Origin: Lingula anatina
Taxonomy: Eukaryota; Animalia; Brachiopoda
Direction of reading: 5' to 3'
DNA length: 64,000 nucleotides
Assembly (NCBI GenBank): GCA_051362555.1
Contig: CM120648.1
Coordinates: 3,964,587-4,028,586, forward strand
A model generated the notes under the pieces. That model worked only from the letters and a program-made list of their open reading frames with translations, was not told the origin of the DNA and did no database searches. Numbering within the stretch: the stretch's first letter is position 1; each line of letters starts with the position of its first letter. Of this stretch, positions 40,747 to 53,586 are shown one piece after another. The translations under genes and the position numbers were made by a program.

Positions 40747-41341
40747 CATAATGAACAATACATTTTCACCAATGTGTGGCAAACGCTCTACTGATTAACC
40801 AATATTGAATGTTACCTATATAATTGCTTTCAAGATAAGCAGGTGCATTATTTACAACAGAGTCACAACCTGAAAAAAAAACATAAATAAAAGATGACAT
40901 TGCACGGGAGAAGGCCAACCAGAGCTTAAGGTTATTAGCAACTGTGAAGTTTCGATGGAGATATGGCTCTCATTAACAACTCGAACGCGTACATGCACTT
41001 CGCTTTGGTTTAACCCCCCCTTTACCTTATGCGTCCCTCCTATTTAACCCCTTATATTTTGTCGTCCGCATCGTACAGTTTTCATCCAGCCCGACTAATC
41101 CTATTTTATCTCTAAATATCTGATAATACATCCCAGCGGAGGAGCGTGCAAAGAACGCATGCGCGCTGGAGTACCTTTGTTGACAAAGAAGCACGTGAAA
41201 ATGCTCGTCTGCCTTTAAAGTAAACGCCAAGAGTGATGTTGCGAAATTTATGAATGGATGACCTTCAGCTCGGTTCAAAATGTAAGACGCACGTTTTGTG
41301 TCGTTTTGTAACAACAGTGCGAGCATTTAGCCCGACCTTAC

Positions 41342-41363
41342 CTTTCTTATAAGATCTTCTCAT
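41342..41363 (-). CDS. Predicted short first coding exon (MRRSYKK) splicing to 38173
   Basis: TATAAAA at 41505-41511; ATG AGA AGA TCT TAT AAG AAA G|GTAAGG is a consensus phase-1 donor matching the phase-1 acceptor at 38173. Confidence 0.45.
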
Positions 41364-41814
41364 CGGCTCGGCGTCGCATGAAAACAGCAAAAAAAGTCTC
41401 AAGCGCTGTGGAATCTAGACGACAGTCGTACGCGACTGATTTTTAAAACCTAATGTTCATTCAGCTTGAAGGACAAACTGACTAAATTCCGTATCCAGGG
41501 ATCGTTTTATACACGGGGTAGGGAATGTCTACAGTTTTCCCTCAAGGATAATATGTTACTTAAAAAAGCGCCTTCTTAGAAATACGTAATGTGTTCACAC
41601 GAGACGCCTGGTTGGTTATGATGCCTCTCAGGCACGTGACTTATACTTCGCTTGGTTCTATATGTTCACACACGCATCCCTGAGCACTGACGCATGTTTA
41701 TTTATTTTCTCCGATACTATTTCGTCGCTCTCTGAGAAATCATGACTTATTCATACATGTAACGGACTGTGTAATTAATGTAAATAACAAGGGTGACCTT
41801 GATTGCGAAACGCT

Positions 41815-41852
<38 letters not shown>

Positions 41853-44800
41853 GTTTTTTTCCTCTGCTCTCTCTCATACTGAATTAAAAAATAAAAAAAG
41901 CGGGACTGTATCCATGACAACCACATTTCGTTATCTGATATGGTCGTTTGAATTGAATTGATATTTTTCAAGATACTTTCCGGCTTGCTAAGATTGTGAA
42001 ACATCGGGACCATGAATAAACAGCTATATTTTCAAATTAAATCTGAATATAAACGAGATTAAATACATGACATATACACGTAGAATTAATAAAAAATTCA
42101 CCCTACCCCGAATACGAAAATCAAATGCATTTTTTTTTATTGAATCCTAGTGTTATTGTGTTGTAGTCCTGTGTAAATGTATGTACATGCCTCACGTATA
42201 CTGTCCATTTTCTGCATTAAATACTGATGAATAATTTGCAATAAATATCCTTTTTATATAACGTAACGTTGGGCCATCTTTCATCTTCACTTCATTGCGC
42301 TTTCCTATGTATAACGCTATATCCGCCTGATATTAAAATTGTTATCCTCTGGACAGTAATCATGAGGAGAGCGGCCATTTTTAACCACTGGATGGCAATA
42401 TCAGGGACTAAAAGAAGTATCCAGTGTTTGAAAAACAGCAATTCATTCACAGAATACATGGTCTAGAGGACAATGATTTTATCCAGTGGATAGTTTTATC
42501 CGCAGCATTATCCAGTTTTGATCGATGAAACTGGGCCCTTTGTTTGTTACTTTTAAGTATTTTAATAATTTATATTTGTATATCTGTATTTTTGAGAACA
42601 ATATAAGTTCAACCTTTAAACAGCAAAGGGGTTGAACGCCCAAGAAGGAGGTACTTCACTGATAAGTTAGTTCAGCACCTGTGTTACATATCATAGGCAG
42701 ATTTGGCATGACGAAATTAAGTTACTAGGGTCACATATTATTTCAAGTGTCCCGTGTGTGAAAAAGGCAAAATGTCAGGGTTATCAATGAACTCAACGTA
42801 CAACCGTCTTGGGAGTTCAACGCCCTTGAAAAGGCCTGAGTCCGTAAATCAAATTTCGTGTAACATGTTTATCAGCAAATGTGCCTTGCAACATTTGACA
42901 AATTGCGCAACACTTCAAGTGAAATGCTGTGGTTCATGCCTTGATGCGTAATGTTCTTATGGAATTTTTTTTGACAATTTTGATAGTTACTGCATTTGGG
43001 GGCAAATTTACCAAAACAAGTGCCCAGCAATTTGACAGTTTGTGCATCCGTGACCACACCCTAATTTTCTAAAGCACCCCAGGTAACGCGCTGGTATCCC
43101 CCGCCTGAACTAGCAAATAAACAATTTCACTTCCTGGTTCCTCATATGTTTTGAACTCCTCGGTTTCCACTTATTACATCCCATTACAAATTAAACCAAT
43201 GTGATTTTAAAAATGAAAATCGTCACTGAAATACTTTTAAACATTCATTCGTCTCCGTTTGGGAATAAAACTGGATTTAAGTGTTTCAATGGAAAGGGAT
43301 ATGCAAAATGATGAGCCCTGTCACGGAAGTCTACAAACTTTCATGGTCCTATTAGTAGTGTGTTATTTCAGCAATCGTAAAAAATCCCGTTTAGTACTGA
43401 GGCATGTTTTAAATGGAACATCAAAGAACAGCACATTGGTGCATTTATGCATGCTTTTAAAAATGATTACAAATACGAGCTTCATCGGTTTTTATATATC
43501 AAAATTTTAAGTGCCGTTATGACGACATAAATTTTCCCCGCCCAAAAGGGGAAATCCCTTTTCTTCCAGGTACCAGAAAGCGACAGGTTAATAATTATAA
43601 TAATAACACAGCAATAACCGACCTCAGCCTGGGGTTTGACCTACACAATCGATTTTTATTTTGAGGTGGGAAAACTTCCAAATTGTGTCTCAGTGGGGAT
43701 ATTCTATGGATATGACAATGTGGCAGTTATTATTATTGTTGTTGTTGTTGTTATTATCATTATAATAAGAGGAGTAACTCGTTCTTTTTTCACGGCTAAT
43801 ATTATAATGATAGAATAACTTATTTGAGAAACTACTCCATCACAGATGGGTATAACAGGGGTAGGGACCTCTTCAGGCGGACATGTACTTATCTACATTA
43901 TTATTTACGCAAGTTGCGACTAAAATCCTTTTTAAAATCATGCAATGTTCTTTTACAGTATTTTGAATCCCTTTTCATTATCGATATAATATATATCATA
44001 AACGAGAACCACATGTTAGAAAATACTTTATCATGCGTTAAAAACGTCATAAATGGTACAAATATTCTGATAGCCTGTCGTAAGTGAATAGTCTCTGCGG
44101 AACAATAATATATGATACTATTTTTATGCCATTACATAAACCCGATCACCTTCCTGCAATATTCTAAATGATCAGCTCCTTCCGTCTACCAGAGTCACTT
44201 TCAATGTGTTATTTTTAAAGCAGTATTCAACTTTTTTTTTTCACGAGGTCTACAGACTTTTTGCCGTGTCTTTTTAAAGAAATGAGCAAATCGTTTTCTT
44301 TGATTCCCGTGCTGCATAATCTCTTCCTGGATTTCACGCGTATTTAAGGCCTTTTCTCAACAAGTATATTTCATCGGTGTAGTCTGTACAGGGGTAACAA
44401 ACTGAGGGGTAACAAACTGAAAGTCCGCCCTCCATATAGTTATAATGGTTAGGGTTAGTCTGACCTAGCTAAGTTGATTTTATTCGAGAGTCGTGGCGGG
44501 TAAATCTTTTGGAGTGTACTTTTAACCTAACAGGGGGAAGTGAACTTGAGAAAAACGTGTGAAAGGAAGTAAAAACCCCTGTAGCGCAAAGACTTGTTTG
44601 GTCCTCTCAAAGTGTACCGGTACAGGTTGTATCGCTAAAACATACCGCTGGGTATGAACAGTGCCTTGTCCTACTTGATCACCTTCTTCACAGTTGCAAG
44701 TATTTACGCAATCATACATAGTACAAGTACCTTTTATCGAATCGTTTTGTTCCAAGTGTTTTGTATTGGTGATGAAGTTGTTTAGATTTACAACATACAT

Positions 44801-45369
44801 GTGTATGTGTATGTATTGGCATATTTGTAGCCTCACCTCTGCTGTGTGATTACGCAAATATAGCTAGCACGGACATGTAAAGAGTCCATACTGCTAATGA
44901 ATTTGCCTAATGTCTCTTTGCTTTTTTTCATTCACAGACCCCTTATGAACATTTATGTAGCTATAAAAGTTTAGCACGGTTTTGAACATATAAACCTGAA
45001 GATAATTGTATCGTTTTGAATATATTTGTATTACTTACATGTACTTCCAGGGACGTGCTACAGGTAAACTGATGTGTCTCGGTTATGCACAAGAATGTTA
45101 AACGGTTCATCAATAAGTGCGATAATCTAAAAGCCAACCTAGCTGCGAAATTGCATCCTTTATTACTGACTTTTAAATCTTTGATCTGAGATTGTTGAAA
45201 ACTTTCGTAAGATATGAGGGTGAGGGCGTGTTGATCATTCCAAAAGCTTCACATTATTTTTGCAAGGGCATTCAAGCTTTTCAACACAAGAATAATGCGT
45301 AAATTCTTCTCTTATACTATACTATATTTCTCATTTCTCAAAACCGTCTTTACAAAATTTTTACTTATT

Positions 45370-47245
45370 TAAATTCAGTATTGACTGAATTTTCACCTGT
45401 ATCAGAAGAAGATGTTTTAGCATTAATGAAAAGCATGAATTCTAAATCTTCTGCCTTAGATCCTGTGCCAACACATATTATCAAAGAGTACATTACTGTT
45501 CTGGCCCCAGTTATTTTAAAGATAGTGAATCTCTCTTTTACAACAGGCATCTTCCCATCCAACTGCAAAGCAGCAATTGTTAGACCCTTGTTAAAAAAAC
45601 AAGGCCTGTGCAAACAAGTGTTTAAAAATTATCGACCAATATCAAACTTGCCCTTCTTAGGGAAGTTTCTTGAGAAAATGGCATGTATACAACTGAATAA
45701 CTATCTAGCTCAAAACAGTCTATATGGCAAGTTTCAATCAGCTTATAGAGAAGGACATAGCACAGAAACAGCTCTCCTAAGGGTTCATAATGACATCATG
45801 CTTTCTTTAGACAAACAAAAAGATGTTATTTTAGTCCTTTTAGATCTGTCTGCTGCATTCGACACCATTGACCACAACATACTTCTGCACAGACTACAGT
45901 ACCGATTTGGAGTAAAAGATTTAGCACTTAATTGGTTAACCTCATATCTAAAAGATCGAACACAAAAGGTGTCAATTGAGTCGTTGCTATCAGAGCCCAC
46001 TATTTTAGAGTATGGTGTCCCTCAGGGGTCTGTGCTAGGTCCATTGCTCTTTTCATTGTATATGCTACCAGTAGAAGACATTATAGTTAAACATGGTCTC
46101 AACACTGTCATTTTTGCTGATGACACTCAAATTTATGTCACAAGTGAAAGTAATCGCTCCATGGCTATCACCTCAATAGAAACTTGTCTAGTTGAGATCC
46201 GAAATTGGATGAAAACAAACATGCTAGCACTAAATGATGGAAAAACTGAACTAATATGGTTTACATCAAGGTCTAAGTCAGACAGGGGAAATGAAATGAA
46301 ATCTGATATTTGTATCGGTGGTGTCAACATCAATCCATCTAGCTATGTGAAAGATTTAGGTGTCACCTTTGATCAGTATGCAACTATGGATAGACGGATC
46401 TCTGAAATTTGCAAATCGGCATCATACTCACTTTGGCGAATTAGTAAGATACGTGACTTACTGGACAAAACTTCAACTGAAAAACTAGTCCATGCTTTCA
46501 TTACTTCTAAGCTTGATTATTGCAACAGTCTCTTATATGGTTTAGGCAAAAATCATCTGAACAAACTTCAATTAATTCAAAATTCTGCAGCTAGGCTGGT
46601 AACTAAAATGGGATGGAATAGCCGAGAGCATATAACACCTGTTTTGATGGAACTTCACTGGCTTCCAGTAAGAGAGAGAATTTTATTTAAAATTTTATGT
46701 GTCATTTTTAAAGCAGTCACCGAGAATAAACCACTTTATATCTCAGAACTTATGAAGCAACATCAGCATGGAAGAGTTACCAGGTCTTCAACTTTTAGTC
46801 ATTTACTTTTAGAACACAGTGTCTTAGAGAAAAAAGCTGGTAAATTTTACGGTGAAAGGGCATTTATGATATATGCACCCAAAGTTTGGAACACTTTACC
46901 CTCTGAAATACGAGCAGCAGGTGACATAGATACTTTTAAAAAGCTTTTGAAAACTCATATTTTTAGAATAGCCTATCAGTAGCTATCATATAGTTAATTT
47001 TAGTTTTTAATAAGGTGTACTGTAATTTTATGATTAATTTTAAATGTTGTCACTTTAGGTTCTTATCATTTTAGAATATGAATAATTGGTTCTTTAAATT
47101 AGTTCTTAGTCCTTTAAAATTGTAATGTGTTCTTATATTAGTATTGTGTTATTTAGCTCTTTTAAGTGAATGTTGTAAGGCGCATTGAGATTTTTAATGG
47201 AATGCGCCATAGAAAAATAAATTATTATTATTATTATTATTATTA
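45370..47245 (+). mobile_element. 5'-truncated non-LTR retrotransposon, L2/CR1 group
   Basis: RT-containing ORF, AT-rich 3' UTR, terminal stem-loop gcgcatt...aatgcgc, then aaataa and an (ATT)n tail. No endonuclease domain or ORF1. No TSD found. Confidence 0.92.
45381..46982 (+). CDS. LINE ORF2 C-terminal part (reverse transcriptase), uninterrupted for 533 codons, no true start
   Basis: NYRPISNLPFLGKFLEK, QSAYR..HSTETAL, LLDLSAAFDTIDH, GVPQGSVLGPLLF, FADD, SKLDYCNSLLYG and HITPVLMELHWLPV motifs. Confidence 0.93.
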   Translation: MTEFSPVSEEDVLALMKSMNSKSSALDPVPTHIIKEYITVLAPVILKIVNLSFTTGIFPSNCKAAIVRPLLKKQGLCKQVFKNYRPISNLPFLGKFLEKMACIQLNNYLAQNSLYGKFQSAYREGHSTETALLRVHNDIMLSLDKQKDVILVLLDLSAAFDTIDHNILLHRLQYRFGVKDLALNWLTSYLKDRTQKVSIESLLSEPTILEYGVPQGSVLGPLLFSLYMLPVEDIIVKHGLNTVIFADDTQIYVTSESNRSMAITSIETCLVEIRNWMKTNMLALNDGKTELIWFTSRSKSDRGNEMKSDICIGGVNINPSSYVKDLGVTFDQYATMDRRISEICKSASYSLWRISKIRDLLDKTSTEKLVHAFITSKLDYCNSLLYGLGKNHLNKLQLIQNSAARLVTKMGWNSREHITPVLMELHWLPVRERILFKILCVIFKAVTENKPLYISELMKQHQHGRVTRSSTFSHLLLEHSVLEKKAGKFYGERAFMIYAPKVWNTLPSEIRAAGDIDTFKKLLKTHIFRIAYQ

Positions 47246-48500
47246 AAGTGGATAACATGGTAGGCCTACCGCTTAAAACGAACTTACATCTAGTAGTTTT
47301 GAAATGTAAGAGCAAAAACACATATGAGCATAAAAAATGTTGAAATGCTTAACTTTCGTCTTTATGTTTGTATCCATGTATAAGATATCAATTTTTTACG
47401 TCTTAAAATGCACGTGCTAGCCGTTAATGTTTAAAAGAAAGAACAGGTTTATATATTGACGATGGGTATTGACTTTTTTCTTTTTTTATTACGTGGGGTA
47501 GAAAACACAAGATCTTTGTGTTCTTTCACACTCTTTCTATACTACTTCCCCCCGCCATCTTCTCTCCACTTCCCTCTCTACTCGTATTAAACCCAGAGCA
47601 AAAATAGCCGGATTTATATTCATATGATTCAAATATTCAGTATAACGGACTGCTTCGTTAATCAGTATCCTACATTTTATACTTCATGTCTTCTTATGTC
47701 TTCCGAGAAGGCATAAATCGCCCGACAATGACAACATACTGCTAATCCAAGGTCGTGTCACTGCCTTGTAACTTGGAATAGACAAGGGAAGCCATTATGT
47801 CTAGTCGGTGTTAATGTATATTTAAAAACTGCTGACTACTTAAGGGATTTTTTTTTCAAGTAAGTCAAGTTTTGGGGTCACTTGTATTTCATGTGTTAAA
47901 TATTAAAGCTTTTTTTCCGTTTGTTCATCACTATCTTCAAAAAAAAAAAAAAAAAAAATTAGAATAAAGAGGTCACATAGAAAATGGCCTAATGACTAGA
48001 AAGATATCTAGCAAATTCTTACGAGCCAGTTGAAATTCACCATTGGATCTAGCACAACCTCCTCTTGTAATGTCTTCAATGGAAGGGGATTTGGAAATGG
48101 CAGGAAAACATAACAGAATTATGATCTAATTAAACAAAATCGAGAGCACATTCTCGTTATTTCTGCAAATAGAAAAATATATATATATATAATAATAAAA
48201 TAAAATAAAATTTAAAAAATTATTTTTAATGAACGTCGCTACCTTTAACTGAATATGCACTCATCTCAATGGGTTAATGATGAAGAAATCTTTTGGGGTA
48301 ATCAATATTCATGGGAGCTAGAGCTCATTCCTTCTGGGAAGGCATAAATCACGTCCTCTTCCATGTGTAAGGTAGTAGGCTTACCAACCGTACGGATGAG
48401 AACACACTGTCACTCTGTCGAATACCAAGTTCAGAAGACCGAGACTATGTTTGTGACAACTTAAAATTAAACTTTTTGAATGTGGAAAATGCACAATTGC

Positions 48501-48544
<44 letters not shown>

Positions 48545-49988
48545 AAAATATAACATTTAACCAGGGTATGATCGGCTGTTTTTAATTAAAAAAAAAAGGA
48601 AAGTCCCATGTTTTTTGAGACACAAAGAGTATTAGAAGGGTAAAGTATTGTAGATAATTTAAAGAGCACAAAGCCCGTCGGATGTCTTTTTAACCTTGTC
48701 AATGAAACCTATGTCAAGTGAAATCTTTTTTATTGAAAAAAATCGGACACTCATTTTCCTGAATCAAAGGGAATGAGACTATATAAAAACACATATGACT
48801 GAGCAAATGACTGAGCGGCCACGATAATTTAGATGCCGACAATGTTCAATTTTTGACTCCGTCTCGTTTTCTGTCATCTACAGCTTCCGAAAATTCCCAC
48901 ATGCTGATAGCATTGCCAGTTTTTGATTCAGAAACTTCTCTTGTTTCAAACTTGAACCTTACCTACGTAAAATTTGCACGTAAGTAAGGATCAATTTTTT
49001 CCTCTTTTCATTCATACATTGGAATCTGGTATATATTATACCAAGACACAGGTCTCTAAAGGCAGCCAAGTGATGACGTCTTTGTTGAACAAAAAATCTT
49101 GCTCGACAGAAATGGGCACAGCTACTGATTAGCCATAGAAATATTTTTGAATATCTGGTGAACAAATTTCTCTCTGTTTCTCTTGTTGGAAGTACTGAAG
49201 GACCCCATGGTTTTCGAGAGCGACAACCTCAAAAGGATTATTGAATGTTTAGTTTCATGTTGTGATGTCAAACCAAGCATAGATAGCCGAGGAATATTTC
49301 AGAAATAATTAGATGAAAAAATAGATGAAATCAAACAGAATTAGATAATATGAAAGAAATAAAAATGACATTAAACAAGATGAAATAATATAAAGTATAA
49401 AAAAATAACTTTCATTTTAACTTTCCATTTCATCATTTACTTTTTTCATCAATCTATTTGTCTATTTTCACATGACTAATTCTTGTCTAATATATTCATA
49501 ATTGATCTATTCATTTATTTATCTTTTTATTTACTTATTTAATTATTTAGATTTGATGTGTAAATGAATATTCACAGCTTTTGAAACTTAAACAGACAAA
49601 ATCTGAAATACACCAAATAAAGAATGCGCGTTGACTCAGATTTTCTTGATAAAACTTTTAAATTTATGGTATTTTGCATAGTATGTTTGTTTTTTGAGGA
49701 AATATTGAATTGTTTGTTTGTTTGTTTTGTTTTTTTTTTCATTTAGTTTACAGTATAATTTTTATTTCACATCCGTGTTGAACACTTAAGTATTTCTCCA
49801 TTGCATAATAGTAACCGTTTTACAGATTGACGTGGAAAAATACAATTTAAAATTCGAGCCCGAAAATATCCGGGTTTTTTGACCAGAAGACAGGTAACTT
49901 TTTATAGAAAAGTGTTTAGGAAAAAAATGGGATTTTCCTATATAATCAATTGTCGGATTTCCGTGTCTAGTATCGGGGCCCTTTTCAT

Positions 49989-50067
<79 letters not shown>

Positions 50068-51197
50068 AGCGCGCGCGCACGCACACACGCACACACACAC
50101 ACACGCACACAGAAATATATAAATAGATCTAATAAATAAATGAATAAATAATTAAAAGTAAAGAAAAATAAAGGATTAAAATAAAGAAATCGAAGGTTTA
50201 GTTTAAAACCGGTTTATGGGTTTATGTGTTGCTCAGGTGTATCTTACCGCAAAATTTAATCTCTTTGTCTAGCCAAGAATCTGATACTTTTTATAGAAAA
50301 GTGTTAAGGAAAAAAAAATATATATATATATATATATATTCTTATCTTTAGTATCATCATCGAGACGGTGTCAAATCAAAGGAAAAGAACAATGTTACAG
50401 CTTCAATAATAAAAGGAAACGGGCCTCTCTCTATCCCTGATCAAAATTTAGAAAAAAGCAGATTTCTCTTGATAGTAATAGATTACCAATATTGGTAAAA
50501 TATCCACGCGTTTTGTAACGAGACTAATAGATATACCAAAAGCATTAAATTAAACTTGCACAATCCCCTCAAAATTTTCAAAATGTATCTGAACGACATG
50601 ATATTAACATACTTGCAGACATCACTGGCGAATATTTGCCTCGCTTAGTTGCACAAATATAAAATAACATATGAGGATAATTTTATCATAATATGTAGAC
50701 CACAGGGATGAAATTTTTACTTGGTTGCATTATTTTGCTTTTTCTACCCTATTTAAAGGGAGGGGGTGGAGGGGAAGACGGAGGGAGATGCGGTTTAGAC
50801 GCTAGGGGAGGGGCACGTACCTCCCCCCCCCCCCTCCTCCGATCCGCCATTGAAACTTGACGTTTACATTTATTGCATTATCAAAATCTCATAGAACGCA
50901 TAATATGGTACATTATCTGTACCCTGGCGTTCAGATTTTATTGGAAACTAATACCTAACCCCCATCTCTATGTTCTATTCCTGAGACCAGCTAGGTGGTG
51001 CATGACTTCATTCCTGTGCAAATATTCTCGTTGGACACAGGATAAGCCTGAAACATATATGAGAATATAGTGGGAAAGCCGTATCCTCTGCTATCAGGTG
51101 CTCCTACACAGTGTACAAAAGTATCGTGTGCGCACAAATTTTTGTTACAGACTACTAGCGCACCCTGTGGTCAGAGAGAAGGAATATCGCCTGTGGG

Positions 51198-51393
51198 AGC
51201 ATTCGCAACCAGTTGATCCACAGACCAACTTGTCCGCGAATTAAATATGAAAGCAAACCGGATTCTCCGCCTCCCAAGCACGCCGTCCCAGCAGGGGCTG
51301 AGCAATTAAATTTCGGCACATGCTTTCAAATGGGTCGCGCCATATTTGATCTACGCACTAGTTAGTCCGAGGATCAACTGGTTGTGAATGCTT
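51198..51393. mobile_element. MITE-like element with about 33-bp inverted arms
   Basis: agcattcgcaaccagttgatccacagaccaact / agttagtccgaggatcaactggttgtgaatgct. Confidence 0.65.
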
Positions 51394-52041
51394 TCTGTGC
51401 CCTCTCCCCCCCCCCCCCCTCCGATAGAGGGTGCCCTCCCTGTGCCGATTCTGATACTGAATTAACGACGACTTGGAGGGTATGCAGGGTAGCAGGAAGT
51501 CATCATCAGAACTATGAAACTCACGGTGTTAGGGAAAAGTATTTTAAACCACGGGGTGACGTCAACTTGTCACGTTTAAAAAAATATTTAAACTACCTCT
51601 AAAATCAAGTTCGAGGTAGGTACTGCACCTGTGTGTTCTGAGATTACGTCATCAGTCTAGCGTGAAACTGTGTCTAAATCTAATATAAGCAGAGTTATGA
51701 ATATCTATACCAGCGCCACAATGGACACTTTTTAATGGTTTCAGTAGCTCCCGGCCGCCTTGATGCAGATAACTGTTATGATTACACAAATCAGTAACTA
51801 CCACAGTAATTAATACCAGACAATTACTTTTGTCGTCTGGAAACACATTATACTAACGGACCAAAACTCGTTAAATAAAAAAAACGCTGTATTGCTAAAT
51901 CATTTACCTGAAAATTGCAGGATTGCGGCGTCCGTGTGAGTCAATTAACCGTGATTAATTCTTTTTGCTGCCTCCGCCAACGAGGAATAAGAAGGCAATT
52001 TTTTATGCCGACTGGATCCTCTCACATGGATGAAGGCTTAC

Positions 52042-52104
52042 CATGCCGCAAAAAGTTCATTCTGCTTCGATCCTGTACGTTAAAACTGACGACGACGTAC
52101 CGAC
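52042..52104 (-). CDS. Predicted distal exon of the RTP-like gene (contains ATG at 52060, MNFLRH) splicing to 38173
   Basis: ttcattttacag| acceptor, 63-nt open phase 1-1 exon, donor G|GTAAGC. A likely upstream exon ends at 52560 (G|GTACTT) in a CpG-rich promoter-like region. Confidence 0.45.
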
Positions 52105-52968
52105 CTGTAAAATGAATAAAAATTTGTCTCAGCGCTAGAGAAATGGAAGAGTAATCTGTCAAACGACAAAAACAGTACTGATTAAGAAATAGGATTGGCA
52201 GACGCTGTTTGACGGATTAGCGTGTTTATGCCTATAGCATATGTATGTAGTGAACGCTGCACGCCTTCAAAGCAGGTTTCGCCGCAGGTGTTTAAGAAAA
52301 TATGCATTTGCTATCACACCACCAAGAAAAAGAAAGAGTATACAAGGTCGATTTATGTTTTGTCAAAAATTCACACCTAGGTACACATGCGCGCAGAGTT
52401 ACAAATCCAAACTTGCGCGCTCGCGAGAATAATAGGGAGACGCACATATGCACATAGAACCCATAACCGAAAGACCCAAACTCACACTCACACACACGTG
52501 TGTACATGAATACATGCACACGCATACACACACACACAGAGCGTATAGACAATAAGTACCGAGGTATCCCCCCTGCTCACACACTAAACCTCCCGAAAAA
52601 CGCGCGTGCGAGAGAGAGCGCGCGCACACACACAAACAAACACGAAACAATGCACATGACCAAACTACCATCATGGTTTTGCACGGTATGGAATAATAAC
52701 AGGTCCATTTATATGAATATGAACATCAATAAAGTAGAAAGGTAATAAACTAGGAAGCTTCAAACCCTACTTCAGTGACAGATGCAGTCACAGCAGTCCA
52801 TTTATTCCGTTAAAGAAAAACATGCGTGTCGTTGTCATGCACGCGACGACATAAGATTCCTTGCACCTGCGCCAGTGATGGAGATGTAGTGCAGGAACTC
52901 TAGGATAATTGCTTCTTGTCACGCTTAAGAATTCTATACAGCGATGTGATTAAAATCACAGCGTGCGG

Positions 52969-53035
<67 letters not shown>

Positions 53036-53408
53036 CAAAAATACATTCTCAAAAATTCACATTTTACGCCAACGTATGCCAAATCCATATATAAACCCAT
53101 TACCGAGTTCTAAATGTCTACCTTTTTGTTACTCTGGTAATAGAGATAGTGAAGAAGGGGACTGGAAAAAATGACAAATTAAGAACTCAAAAACGTGGTA
53201 ATGGATCGAATCATTTTTGAACGGTTTTGGAAATTGCATACCTGGCGATAAAAGGAAAGGTTTATAAAGGTTTATAGAGACCCGATGCGCTTTTGTACAA
53301 CTATAAGAAGAAGTCCAGAATGAGGGAAAATGTGTGTTATGGCACAGCACATCATAAGGGCCAGTCAGAATGTGTCATAATCAGGTTGCAAAAGCCAATT
53401 TGCACTGA

Positions 53409-53586
53409 CTCCACGGGGATTCTCGCTGAATGCAGTCAGATTAAATGATTAACAGGCGTACGCCTCCTCATCTCAGACGTACTTACATAATCACAGCTTC
53501 TATTTATTCTACTCAACAACAGCAGGAGACGAGTTAGGTTAGTCTGCCATGTTGCTTTCATTCAGCTAGAGTCCCCGAGGAGTTAA
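53409..53586. mobile_element. Internal part of a palindromic MITE (40469 family)
   Basis: ctccacggggattctcgctgaatgcagtcag mirrored by cattcagctagagtccccgaggag. Confidence 0.6.
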
